From the NCBI RefSeq assembly GCF_009914755.1, contig NC_060928.1: a stretch of 64,000 nt of DNA. One strand, written 5' to 3'. This DNA comes from the human T2T-CHM13v2.0 reference genome, Homo sapiens. The position numbers and the translations under genes were made by a program. How positions within the stretch are numbered: position 1 is the first letter of the stretch; every line of letters starts with the position of its first letter. The notes below the pieces were generated by a model. It was not told the origin of the DNA, searched no databases, and saw only the letters and a list, made by a program, of their open reading frames with translations. This document shows positions 1 to 13,451 of this stretch, one piece after another.

Positions 1-136
1 ACCTACACGTTCTGCTTTAACTACCAGAGAGCCAAGTCTCCAAGGAACACCACACACTTTCATCCTTGTGTTATGCCATGGTATCCATCTTCTTCCCTTT
101 TAACTCCCCTCCCCAAATCTACTCTCTTGCCCTAAT

Positions 137-487
137 TCTTAGTCCCTTTGGGCTGCATAACAAGATATCTGAGACTGGGTAATTAATGAAGAAAATAGAT
201 TTATTGTCTATAGCTCTGGTGGCTGGGAAACCCAAGATCAAAGCACCAGCAGATACAGTGTCTGATGTGGGCCTGTTCCTCAGAAATGGCATCATCTTGC
301 AGTGTCCTTCCAGGGTGGAAGAGGTAAGGATGCCCCCCCTCCCACCAGAAGGGAACTAATCTCATTTGTGAGGTTGGGACCTTCACGACTTAATCTCTTC
401 CAAATGGCTCACCTCTTAATACCATTGTATCAAGTATTAGGTTACAACATACAGACTTTGGGGGCCACCAGCATTTGGACCATACCA
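137..487 (-). mobile_element. MaLR solo LTR, MLT1A-like
   Basis: Matches recalled MLT1A reverse strand (tcttagtcc...ggctgcataacaa...gactgggtaatt...caagatcaaagcaccagcaga...catacca). Confidence 0.75.
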
Positions 488-1138
488 TCTAACTTTGGCC
501 TAACATACATCCCTCCAGCCAAAGTTAACATGGGGAAATATTTTCATTATACTTCAGATCTTATAAAAATGTTTTCTCCTCCTAGTCATCTAGATGCACA
601 CATAAAAACAATACTTCCTTTCCCACGTTCCCATGGATTTGTTTGAAACCTAGCTAGAATGGGACCTCTGTGAGGCCAGGAGTTGTGCTCTATTTATCTC
701 TCATCTTTGGTGTCTGGCACAATGCCAGGCGTATGCCTGACATTGTATTGAAGGACAGGACGCATATCTACAGACTTCATGTTAAAGATGGAAGCCGTGA
801 TGTCTCCCCTTAAAATTATTCCTCTAATAACTTACATACCTTCTGTAGCTTAGAAACTTAAAAAACATGCTTAGTAATATGCAGAACCCCTTGTAACTCT
901 ACTTGATGGATTCTCTCCTCTTTTGCATCTTCCTATTACCTCATAACATGAAGCTGAATAACAGCCGTCTATGTGTAATTAATAAAATATGCAAATATTT
1001 TGTATCATTATCTTCAGCTTACAAATCAGAATGAAAAATTGTTGTATTTAATGTGTTTGGTTGTGCAGCTTTCTTCAAATGCCTCTCCTCTCCATGACCC
1101 TTACTGTGAAAATTAATTGGGTATCTCCTCTGACTGCT

Positions 1139-1225
1139 CCATTCATTCATCAAACATTTATTGCCAGGCACACAGATAACAGTAAGAATAGATCTTCCTT
1201 CCAAGGAATGCACAGTCTAATGGAC
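1139..1225 (-). mobile_element. L2 3'-end fragment
   Basis: cattcattcatcaaacatttattg...ccaggcac...cacagtctaatgg is the typical antisense L2 tail. Confidence 0.55.
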
Positions 1226-2982
1226 AGCAGTAGGAAATAATGACAAAATTGTTTTCTTTTAGTAGAATTTTTATCTACAGAGCAAAGAATCACAACTCTA
1301 GATCATTGCCCTGGAATTTCTCTGTTGGAGATCATCCCCAGATGGTTAGGACTCTGTCTGAAGGTTTCCTGATTCTGCCTTTGGTTGTTGTGTGCAAGGC
1401 ATGTGAGATGGTCTTAGGTGAACTATCCTGGATGGGAGCTGATGCCTTCCTCTGCTTCAGCAGAGTATTCTAGGTGCAGGGTGAGAGAATAGGCCTGCAT
1501 TTTCCAGCACTCAACAATCCTGCAAGGGACGAGGTGAGGTTCCTGCTCCTGTATCTACTACTTTCCTTGTTTTTCTCTGAGTGAATGGAATACTAACCTA
1601 ATTGGCTCAGAAGAAGAAGACTGCAGTAGAAGACTGGCTACATTTACTTACTAAATAAGTAAGTCTCATTGGCTTCCTACTTCATGGGACAGGCTCGGAA
1701 AGAAAGCCAGCAGGTATCTGTCCTTGCCCTCTTCTTTTCTTTACATGTGAATGCTGGCTGCTTTCATTTTGTTGTCATCTTGTGGTAAGATTCGTTCTTG
1801 GGAGAAGGATTAGATTATTAGATCTAATCTAAGCAACCTGTTCCAGTTTGATTTACAAATAGTTAGAATTTGGGGTCTAGCCCAATTAATAATGAACTGG
1901 CATTTGGATTTACCTTTCATCTGTATCCCTTAGGCATTCCATTAGAGAAGGGTGGCTGTGCCAAGACAAGATTTGGGTGTCTGTTAGAATTCTGCACAAA
2001 ACAACATCTTACTGCTTTTGAAGCCACTCTTTAAAGCCTTAAATGCTTTCCTATCAATGGGGCCAACAACAAAAATATACATTGGTTATAGTTTTATATA
2101 TATAGATGTAATTATAATTGATGTATAATTGATATAATTATAGAACCAAAAAAACTAGACTGACACACAATTCATTAAATTTTTCATCTGTCGAATTATT
2201 TCATGTTATATGTGACTGATTTAACGATGATTAGTTATTTATATGGGATTCTTTCTCCTACCCCATCGCAAGAGAATAACAGGCATGACCCAGTTGAATG
2301 GAGTCTCTGCTTGGAGGCCAGGCCGTGATTGGAGACCTACCCTCACACTTATAAGAATAAACACTTCATTGGAAGACTTCTAAGTCGTTCAGAGAATGGA
2401 AACCAATTATTTCTCTTCTGGGAGAAACTGGTAAAAATTGGACTTTAAAAAAATTACATGTAATAGGAGCTCTTGAATAGAGATATTGTTAGACTTTAGG
2501 GGTAATTATCAAGGAAAATGCTCAGCTTCTTTCATTAAAGACTGGTAAAAACTATCATGGTTAGACAGAGTTTTTCCTGAAATAAAGAGAATAACTTTTA
2601 TAAATTTTGTGTTTCTTTCCAATACCATAATACTATGCCATATTAATATTTCTATGACTGCATTTGGTACCATCTTTACTATGAAAAAATATAGTTTAAA
2701 AAATCTTTTTTTAATCAAATATATGTGGTAATGAAAGTTTGTAGTCTAGTTTTCCTTCCCTGGTACAGTTAATGATGGTTTCATTACCCAAAGAACTCAA
2801 TAAACCAACTGTTTCATTATGCTGACAAACAACTTGATCAATAAAACTGCTAACTTCACAAAATGCAAAGGTTTCTAAGTGAGGGGAGAGAAAATGTGAT
2901 TCTACATATTTGAATCTTTCCATATCGATTAAGAAAAATCCTTACAGCCCCATGCATGTCTCCAGGAAAAATTATGTGTGTG

Positions 2983-2984
<2 letters not shown>

Positions 2985-3029
<45 letters not shown>
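2985..3029. repeat. (TG)n microsatellite, ~22 units
   Basis: Directly visible. Confidence 0.97.
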
Positions 3030-3032
<3 letters not shown>

Positions 3033-3518
3033 AGGAGCTAAAGGATAAGGGTCATTAACTTCCATAAGTCACTCATACTATATAGAAAATAAGACGTCAA
3101 TATGATTCTGTATAATACAAATACATACAACTATCTTTATTTTCTTGGAGAATAACTTACTTTAGTTATTTCTTTAATCTTTGAAGTGCTTCTTTTCAAG
3201 TAGTTAATAACATTTTATGATTGTATGATGGTTGGCAAATTTGCAGGTAGCTGTTACAAATTGTACTTTTTATTTCCACTCTCAACCTAAAATAATATAT
3301 AATTTATTGGATGATTATTATTCTGCAATTTAACATTTTCTAAAGATTGGCTGTTTTACAACTGTATCGATACTTAATACAGTGATGGAAAGTTCTCAGT
3401 ATGTTAGATAAGAATACAAATAGCAATAACACAACCTTTTGGCCTCTGAGCCTAAGTTGATTTTATGAAGTCCTTCTATGTTCATGAACAAAGCACTCTT
3501 GTCCCTATCAAAGACTCA

Positions 3519-4295
<777 letters not shown>

Positions 4296-5494
4296 TATAG
4301 CGAAAAGTCGTGGAGAACAAGGAGCATGCTGGATATTCATTTAATCCAGGATATTCATTTACTCGCCCATTCCAGATGTTTGTATGTCTGCTATCATACG
4401 TGCTAGATATCCATCTTATACTTAATGTGATATTGCCCACATATAAAGTTTTAAGCCTTTCAGTGTACTATAGTAGTCAATATGAGTGCTAAATAAATAC
4501 GAATAGTTCATATATTTATACATGAACATGATATGTTTATGAAATGATAAGAGAATGTGGAGACTGTGGATCTGATGATCAGGCTTAGAGACAGTGAAGT
4601 GATTTAAGATAATAACATCTTTCCTAACACAATGAAAATGGAAAGATTTACCCAAACCCAGACGAAGTATTTAGAATGTTGGAAGGAAACAAAAGGTCAT
4701 TTGTTTTCTTACACTTGTACTCTATCCACTTCAAGATCAGAAACAAAAATGATAAAGAGATATTGCTATGTTGGGTCATGGAGTCTAACCCCAAATTACA
4801 CACTATCTTTGTCCTGAACATGATTCCCTTGTTACGGAACTAAATTCCTACCGGAAGCCAAATCACCCTTCAGTAGTAAATTAAGCACTGAGGAATACAC
4901 ATATTTTGTTTTACATCCTGGAAGAATCCCATGCCCATTGTGTGTATCGGGGGTGTGTTTACATAGTGGGCTTCAAGCAAACTCTACAAGATTCTGCTCA
5001 GCTCTGCTCCAGATCCTTACCAGACACCCGAGACCCAACCTGAAGAGCTGCCCGCATGGTAGGCCTCAGGCCATACCCACGGCCTCTCTAGTTTTACTCC
5101 TGCAGTGCTGAGTGAACCTTACTAATCTAACTGGCACTGAGCTTTGTGCCAGACCTGGGGGTAGTAACAAGGCTGTTAGTGTCTTGAGGAGCTTTTCTAA
5201 GTCATGATCATAAACAAGTTCTAAAGCTTGGGTCTCCAAAAATCAAAGAACAAGATGTATGTTCTTTTCCAAAGAGAAAATTTGCTTCCTGTGCTGCAGA
5301 GTTGCTGCCAATAGACACTTTTGGAGGACTACACGAGGCTGCGCATTTGGATTAAAATCAGAGATATTCATTTAATCACCCATTCCAGATGTTTACATAT
5401 CCGCTCTCATGTAGGCTTCTCCAAAAGTGAGGTTTTAATAAGGAAGAGAGTGTTTAGACAGCACTCACCTTTTTCTCCATGACTTTTCTCTATA

Positions 5495-5944
5495 CAGCTG
5501 ACCCTTGAACAACGCAGGTTTGAACCGCACAGGTGACCTTATATGCAAATTTTCTTCTTCCCCTGCCACTCCTGAGACAGCAAGACCAACCCCTCTCCTT
5601 CCTCCTCCTCAGTCTACTTAACATGAAGATGACAAGGATGAAAACTTTATGTTGATCCACTTCCACTTAATGAACAGTGAATACATTTTCTCTTCCTTAT
5701 GATTTTTAAAATAACATTTTCTTTTCTCTAGTTTGCTTTATTATAATAATGCTGTATACAACACATATAACATATAAAATATGTGTTAATTGACTGTTTA
5801 TATCGTTGATAAGGCTTCCAGTCAACAGTGGGCTATGAGTAACTAAGGTTTTAAGGTGTTAAAAGTCATATGTGGACTTTCTACCACACAGGGGGCTGGT
5901 GCTCCTACCCTGGCACCTCCCCACCATTGTTCAAGAGTCAACTA
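5495..5944 (+). mobile_element. Tigger2a (MER28), complete with both TIRs
   Basis: ta|cagctgacccttgaacaa ... ttgttcaagagtcaacta|ta; the internal sequence matches recalled Tigger2a. Confidence 0.9.
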
Positions 5945-6299
5945 TACATGGAAGTTTAGTGGGTTTGGGGCTAAAGAACTATAGAGAGCGCTATGAAGAT
6001 TCTGACTGTGGTAGCATTTAATAGCATATATCAACTGCCAAATACTGTTTTACTTAGATTGAAAAATCTCAGCCTAACATCCTGTGGTCTCTGCCTTTCC
6101 TCATTTCCTTCTACCTCCTACTCTCCCCCAGCCTGGAGACCTTCCCACAGTAGAATTACTCCACTTGACATTAAGGATTTTATTTGGTTTCAAGAATGCT
6201 TCTCTTTTTTTCCTTTTTCCTTCCCTTGTCACTCCCTCTGTTTCTCTTTTTCCTGTCTTCCTTTTTATGTGTCTTTATTTTAATATTCACAGGAGCAGG

Positions 6300-7021
6300 A
6301 AGCAAGTTCTCCTAGCCGCACGTGGAATGCAAATGTCCAAATGTTGCGCGTGGGAAATAAATCGAATTTCTGAGGGTTAAACGAAGGTCAGTTTGAACAT
6401 TTAAAATGTCTGAAAATAAAATGCACCAATCAATTCTATTCGGATGTGTGTGTGTGTTAAACATCATTTTAGCATCCCATCTAAGCCTATTTGCTCGGTT
6501 TTTCTGCTTTGTTTTTTCTTGCACCTCAGGGTGATGGCTTCAATAGCTCTTTTGCACCAAGTAGTAACAGGCCACAGCGGGCGAATCAACCTTTTGTCTG
6601 CCTCATCAGACTCTTTGCCCCATTGTCCCCCCTCAGATCCCATCAGTATGGGGAAGGAGGCCCGGCCAATGCTGGTGAAAACAGAATCATTCCTGTAACA
6701 GAGAGGGCCGTTCCTGCACTCAGGGTGTCCCTGTGACTTCTGGCTTCTCTGGACCCACGGTAGCATTTGCTGGCGATAGAAAAGCGGTTCTTGTTGGGTT
6801 ATTCTCACTGGTGCCTGCAGAGTCATGAAAGCAGGGAGGACAGCGCCGTCCACCTCCTGCACACAGAAGTCTCAGCTGGAAGTGGCGGTCCCCGAGAGCC
6901 TGCGCTCCGCAGCTTGTTTTAGCCTTCAGAAAAAACGCTTTCTTTCTGTAGCTTAACTGCTTGGCCCACAGGGCAGCCAGCTGTTGTATGCTGCTTGAGC
7001 AGAGGTCGTGGAGGGGTGAGT
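6300..7021 (+). promoter_or_regulatory. Candidate enhancer/promoter (non-repeat, locally CpG-enriched)
   Basis: CACGTG 6319-6324, ATGCAAAT 6327-6334, GGACAGCGCC 6838-6847, GGAAGTG near 6878, donor-like GGG|GTGAGT at 7015/7016. Motif evidence only. Confidence 0.3.
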
Positions 7022-7271
7022 GAGCACAGGGAAACCTTTTAATACATATTTTATATACTTCAGATCACTAATGGGAGCTACACAAACAGATCCATTTGAA
7101 TATCTACCCCCTGGGGCTATATTTCTGTTTCGAGTTTTCTGGTAACAGCAAGGATCAAAAACTAAGATGGTTCTTTTAAACACACCTGATTGACCAGAAA
7201 TATGCATAAATAAGTATTCTGCACTACTGTTGTATATTTTATTATTCTTATTATGTTTCCTTTTTGAATTC

Positions 7272-7390
7272 TTTTTTAAGCTTTATTGAGGTATAATTGA
7301 CAAATAAAAATGTATTTAACGTGTGCAACGTGATATTTTGATATATGTATACATTGTAAAATAATCACCACAATCAAGCTAATTAGCATT
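7272..7390 (-). mobile_element. L1MA/L1MB-type 3'-end fragment
   Basis: agctttattgaggtataattgacaaataaaaa...ttttgatatatgtatacattgt...caccacaatcaagctaatt. Confidence 0.8.
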
Positions 7391-7454
7391 AAATTGATTT
7401 TACATACTTTTGATTCCATATATTTTAAATTAGACAAAAAATTAGCCTTGGTTT

Positions 7455-7844
7455 TGATAAAAGAAAAACTTCAGCTGGATTAACTTTAAAGGCGTCTAAT
7501 TGAGTGATGAACAATTTGTGAATCGGGCGGCCTTCTCAGCCATGGTAAGCTCAGAGACCCCAGCGCAGCCATGCGGGGGAAGATTTATGGAAAAAGGAAC
7601 ATGAGGAACAGAAAACAGAAGTGAGGTACAGAAACAGCTGGATGGGTGGCAGCTCGGCGTTTGCCTTCTGCGAACACGGTTTCAACGTCTGGCTACATTT
7701 GATTGGCCGAAACTCGGTGACTGGCACAGGTGTCGGCTACGGTCGGTTACGCCTCCACCTGTTATCGTTCACGAGGTGCAGAAAAGCCTTTAGGCCGAAC
7801 TTAAATGTGTAAGGAGGCAGCTCAGGGCTAACCTTGATTTAACA
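7455..7844 (-). mobile_element. ERV1 solo LTR, MER57A1-like
   Basis: TG...CA termini (tgataaaag...gatttaaca), 4-bp TSD GTTT at 7451-7454 and 7845-7848, body matches recalled MER57A. Confidence 0.88.
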
Positions 7845-9069
7845 GTTTCACACATGTCAACAAAAGTGTAAACAACATGATTTAAGCAATAGAGATGAGA
7901 GGTCATCTCAGAAGAGAAATGGCATTTATAAGAACCACTTGGCATTAACTATATTTTTGTAGAAGATGGCTTTTCTTATGGTATTATTTTAAAAGTGTTC
8001 AAATGATATCAAAGCTGCCATTGTTAAAATTAAAAAAATCCTAATGTGGATACTTACAAATGTCTAATATCCTAATACTTCAATAATGTCCCAGTACTTT
8101 ACTGTGTACCCCAAATGTTATGTGTCGTTTTATAAAATGATTATATAATCTTGCTGGGGTGTTCTTGTCACTCACCATTACGGAAGAGAAAGCCGACTCG
8201 GAGAGGAGTGGCCATTTGTCCTTCTTCACAGCATTAATAAATAGTAGACCCAGGACCGAGAGGGCTGTTTTTATATCCCTGCAATGTTTCGTATGTTTGA
8301 AATGTGTTGATTGAAAATGTTCTTCCTCTTTGATGAAGAAGAGCCACAGTGACCGCAAAAGAAACCGATTTAGAACAGTTTCTTCTAAAGCTTTCCGCTT
8401 GGACTTGACCGTGGGTGTGTCTGAATGTTTCTGAGCCAGCTCCACACCAAGCCTGAATGAGCCCAAGCAGGTCACGAAATTGAAAGGACTATAAAGCACC
8501 GTATCAGAAAAGGAGGAGAAACCCAAGGCGTATCCGTTAGTGGCTGCATATGCCAATACGCACCAGTCCACGCTTTTCTGAGCCTGCCAGCATCCGCAGC
8601 CTCTCCTGCTCGCAGAGGTTGTCAGACACCCCGGGCTTGGCTCAGTCCTGCTGCCCAGTTGGAATCAAATCTCAAGAGAGAGACAAACACTGTAAGGAGT
8701 ATGACCTTCTCCAGCAAGACAGCAAAGGTGCAAAGGAGAGAAGGATGCTACATAGCCCGTGTGTTTTAAAGAAATGCAAATATTAAACGAGAAAAAAGGA
8801 GTATTAGTTTTTTTAAAAAATGGGAGTGTACAGGTATGCAACAACATGAGAAAACAACACAACACAAAACAACTTTGCTGGTTCTTCAATTAAAATGTAC
8901 ACAATGGCTCTAATGCAAATGATTGCCATATTGAATTGGTCACGGAGTTGAAATTAAAACTCATGACTAGTGATTTATACATTTTGCTTAAATCACCAAA
9001 TACAAGCAACTCTTTGAATTGAACTGTTTTATCCCTTCTACTATAAATTCCTAAATTATACAAATTCCT

Positions 9070-9207
9070 TCATTTCCTTCTTCCTTCCCTTCCTTTCTCT
9101 TTTCCTTCCTTCCTTCTTTCCCCCCTCCCTCCCTCTCTCTCTCTCTTTCTTTCTTTCCTTCCTTCCTTCTTTCTTTTGTCTCTCTCTCTCTCCTTCTCCC
9201 TCTTTCC
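9070..9207. repeat. Polypyrimidine (TTCC/TC) low-complexity tract
   Basis: Directly visible. Confidence 0.9.
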
Positions 9208-10206
9208 ACTTAGCCATGCTATAAATAGTAAGAGGTAAAAGAAATAAAAACAGAAATAATTACAGGCCCAAATGTATTATTATCTTCAAAGGAAATTACA
9301 AAGAGAAGAAACAAGAGGGATTTCCCTCCATCGTGTTTCTATACACGCACGATATTCTAACTAAAGCATGTTACAAGTGATCTATGTTATTTTTACAAAC
9401 CAAGTGAGTGGTTTAAAGAAAATGGAAAGATGTGTCCTCTAAGAAAACCACAGTTACGTGAGTGGTAAATGGAAACAACGAGACTCTTACCTTCTAAGCT
9501 ATGGGGTCTGTTAGCTCTGCATCCTGTATCTCAGTGACTCAGGGCAGGTCACTAAGCCTCCTTGAGAACCTTGTTTTCCGTATTCATGGAAAAGGAGGGA
9601 AGTGACCCAGGCGAGGGTGTCGACTGTGAGGCATATTGCTTATGTGCAGTTCTATTATTCTTGGTGTTAGAAATCTGAACTCTCATGTTTCAGTAACCGG
9701 AAAATCTTCAGAAAAGACGTCCCCGGCGCCATGGTTGTCAACATGCTCAAACACCTCGTTATAGCATTCTTGCCCCTTACTGGTGCAACTTCTTGCTACT
9801 TTCCTGTAGTTCAGTGACAGAAGTTGGGGGTTATTCTTGGTACCTTCTTGCAGGTAATTCCCAAAAGTCACTGGTGCTCTAAGGGACCCACTCATCCTCA
9901 CCTGATAACCCTTCACCAGGAAGCAGCAAATGCTAACAACTCTCTATACTTGCACTCACTCTCACGACCTGCCCCTGCTGGGCCTGTGGTCACCCGAGAG
10001 GGCTTTGCTGCCAGGCCATGGGAGGGCACCTGCTACATGACTCACTAACTTCCCTGTCTGGCACAATCTGAGTCTTGGTGCAGACCCTTTTCCACAATCC
10101 AGACTCTAGATAGCAGACATTTCCCAGAGCCCATCCTACTTGGTTCCCTTGCCGTGTGTATTCCTAAACAAAAATCATTTCAGTGCAAATATGAGACACT
10201 TTTTGA

Positions 10207-10230
10207 TGTGTGTGTGTGTGTGTGTGTGTG
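10207..10230. repeat. (TG)12 microsatellite
   Basis: Directly visible. Confidence 0.95.
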
Positions 10231-10283
10231 ACATAAGAAATGTAAAAAGTGAATGGTCATATTTTTAAAAAGCAATGAAAATG

Positions 10284-10574
<291 letters not shown>

Positions 10575-12397
10575 TCAACAAAAATGAAGAGAGTATATTA
10601 AGATCTGGTTAGACGTATTAATTAGACCTACAGAGGAAATTCCTAAAGAGCCGTGCAGGCCCGTTCTTGGAGCCCTGGAAATGCACGCATTTCTTGATGC
10701 CTCTGAGGATGCCTCTCTCACTCTCTGATTGTACTTGACCTGGCAGCTGCTGACTCCGTCCTACCCCGGTTACACAGGGTTAGAGGAATGTTAATTACCC
10801 GAGGATGCTGTGTCATCCGCACAGTATCCGGGAGAAAATAACAAGGACAACTCCCTTCATCTGAGAAATACAGACATTTAGCGATATAAGTGCCACGCTC
10901 AAAGGTACTGGTGTTGTGTGGGCACATATTTGGGCAGGAATGTAGATCCTCTTATCCTACTACTATATGGGCATCTGATACATAGATGCACCCAGCCAGA
11001 GAGTGCTAACCCTGTGCCCTACTGCAGGAGGGGTCTCAGCAAGCATCTGTTCTTGTCGCAGGTAAGGACTCTGAGACCTGGAAAGGGTTACATCATTTAC
11101 GTAGTTTAACACAGACAGTAAAATTTAATTGGGGATCAAAAAAAAAGTTCTAAATGTTTACTTTATGGAGTATTGTTCCTTAAAAAATTTGGATTTTTAT
11201 GCTTTCTTACAACATTAAAGTACATTCACCACTTTTTCTTGTTTTCTCAGAATCTGCGACATGGATAAAATTCTATCTCTGCATCTTACAGGTATTAAAA
11301 TCCAGTTCCCTGCGTGCATGCTCCAGTTTAAGTGGATGGCTGATTCTATCCCGTCATCCTGAACTTTGTAGCTTTCTTTAAGAGATGATAAATTAGGGAA
11401 CAAAAGGATCTTCCTTTCCGTGACAGCAGCACTTTCGGGAGGCTGAGCATGTACCTCTGACTCAAGGCTGAGTTATTATAAGAAAAACAGAAAAGGAAGG
11501 AAGAAGGTTTTAATTTCCCACTGTTGAAGACAGTTTGTCAGGATGAGAGACAGACAGACAGAGCGTGCACAGACCTGCACTTCTCTTCGGGGATGAATAG
11601 GGCAAGTGTTTCATTCATGACGTCTTCAAAGCGTTGCCCGGAATGCAAAATGACATGGTTTTTCTGGAATACTAGTCTGTTTGAAAGGCCAAGGAAAGGT
11701 GATACATTTTGAATGCACATTTGGGTGACTTCAGGGTCTCCTTCTATAACCAGAATGGAGATGTCCCTGAAAGGCTGTCAACAGAGAAAAAAAGAATTCT
11801 GGTTAAAATTCCATTATTCCAGTTTTTTTGTTGTTGTTGTTGTTTTTTTTTTTGCCTGCGTTGTGTAATTGAAGATGTCTTCCAAGCAGAAACAGACCCT
11901 TGTTTCATGTGGAAAAAAAAATACATAGACTAATAGACTACAGAGAAATAGAGGTAAAAAGAAGATTGCTGCCACTTCCCAGTTAAGGAATGCGTTGCTT
12001 TCACCCACCGTGGTCCCTGCTGCCTGTGACTCCAACACAAGAATCAATCCATCTGTCTTTCTGCCACCACAGACATCTCCCTAAATTGATCTAATCTTGT
12101 GTCTATTCTTAAAATTCTTCGGATTGCTTCTTGTTAATAGATAATTGAAGTTCAGTAGTACAGTCTTTCCATCTCCCTTTCCTTCCTGATTGTCAAATCA
12201 CTTTGACCCAATAAATCTCACTTAATTTTTTAATTGTATGGGAATTTAAAAATGGCACATGTTTTATCATATGCCTGGGCTGCTCTACCCAACTTTTCAA
12301 AGTTCTTTCCATCCTTCAAAGTCTAGCTCAGCACCTACATCTTCAAACGGTAAAACTTCTCTAATTTTTTTGCATGAAATAAATGTGCCTATCCAAT

Positions 12398-12563
12398 CAG
12401 GATGAGCCACTCAGATGTGTGACTGATGTCACACAGGGCTTCAAGCTCAGAAGAGCCCACCGGATGAATGGTTTATTTCTCTGCTGTTGTCATCTTGAAA
12501 TTTGAAGAAGGGGCCCAGCATTTTCATTTTGCACTGGACTCACAAACGATATAGCCAGTCCTG
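12398..12563 (+). mobile_element. MER45A-like hAT MITE
   Basis: gctcagaagagccc...ctctgctgttgtcatcttgaaatt...cattttcattttgcactgg...tagccagtcctg. Confidence 0.7.
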
Positions 12564-12818
12564 CCTCCAGTACTCCTAAAGTTAACAATTTCATATCTCT
12601 GCTCCAATAATTCTCATCCACATTGTTGTTTTGAAGTTACCTTTGTAACTCCCACTAGATTGGGAGCTCTAGAAAGCCACAGATCTTATTTGTTGAGTTT
12701 CTACAAGTGTGGGGAAGAGTAGTGTGCACAGATTAAAGCTGCCAATGGGAAGGTAAGAATACTATCAGAGTTCATCAGAACAGAACTGAAAACAGCCAAC
12801 ATCTCCTGAGAATAGCAG

Positions 12819-13163
12819 TGCTATGTTCTGAGTGTTTGTGTCCCCCCAAAATTCATGTGCTGAAATCTAATTCCCAACATGTTGGTATTAAGAGGTGGGA
12901 AATTTGAGAGGTGAGTAGGTCATGAGGGTGGAGCCCTCATGGGTAGGATTAGTGTTCTTATGAAAGAGGCCTGACAGAGCATATGCCCTTTTACCACATA
13001 GAAGGTGCCATCTATGAAGAACTAGCTCTCAGTAGACACCAAATCTTCTGGCACCTTGATCTTGGACTTCCCAGCCTCCAGAACTGTGAGCAATAAGTTT
13101 CTGTTGTATATAAATTACCCAGTCAAAGGTATTTTGTTACAGCCGCCAGAATGCATTAAGACA
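12819..13163 (+). mobile_element. MaLR solo LTR, MLT1A0/MLT1A
   Basis: tgctatg...ccccaaaattcatgtgctgaaatctaa...gatcttggacttcccagcctccagaactgtgag...taagaca. Confidence 0.88.
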
Positions 13164-13189
13164 AATAGTAAAAAGAACAAAGAAGTTTT

Positions 13190-13380
13190 GCACACGTAGT
13201 ATGCACCAAGCACTGTGCTTTGCACTGCGCGAGAAAATCCAACCTGGTTCTCACAACATGAAGCATAGGTACTATATTATGGCTTCAGTTTCCAGAGGAA
13301 GAAACTAAGGCTTAGAGAGGGAAGGTGTCACACACTAAGCAGCAGTAGCAGGAGTCGCTGTCAGTTCTGGCTCCTAGGAA
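13190..13380 (-). mobile_element. MIR
   Basis: cagaggaagaaactaaggcttagagagg core. Confidence 0.6.
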
Positions 13381-13451
13381 ATCAATGAGTCTGTATTCAT
13401 AAATCATAGAAAATTGTGACATTTTCATGCAATAAAAAACCTAAGAATGTT

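Noticed and set aside
6464-6862. 132-aa minus-strand ORF (likewise 8080-8571, 40443-40838, 42090-42500, 62126-62548)
   Set aside because: No recognisable domain or exon structure; lengths are compatible with chance.
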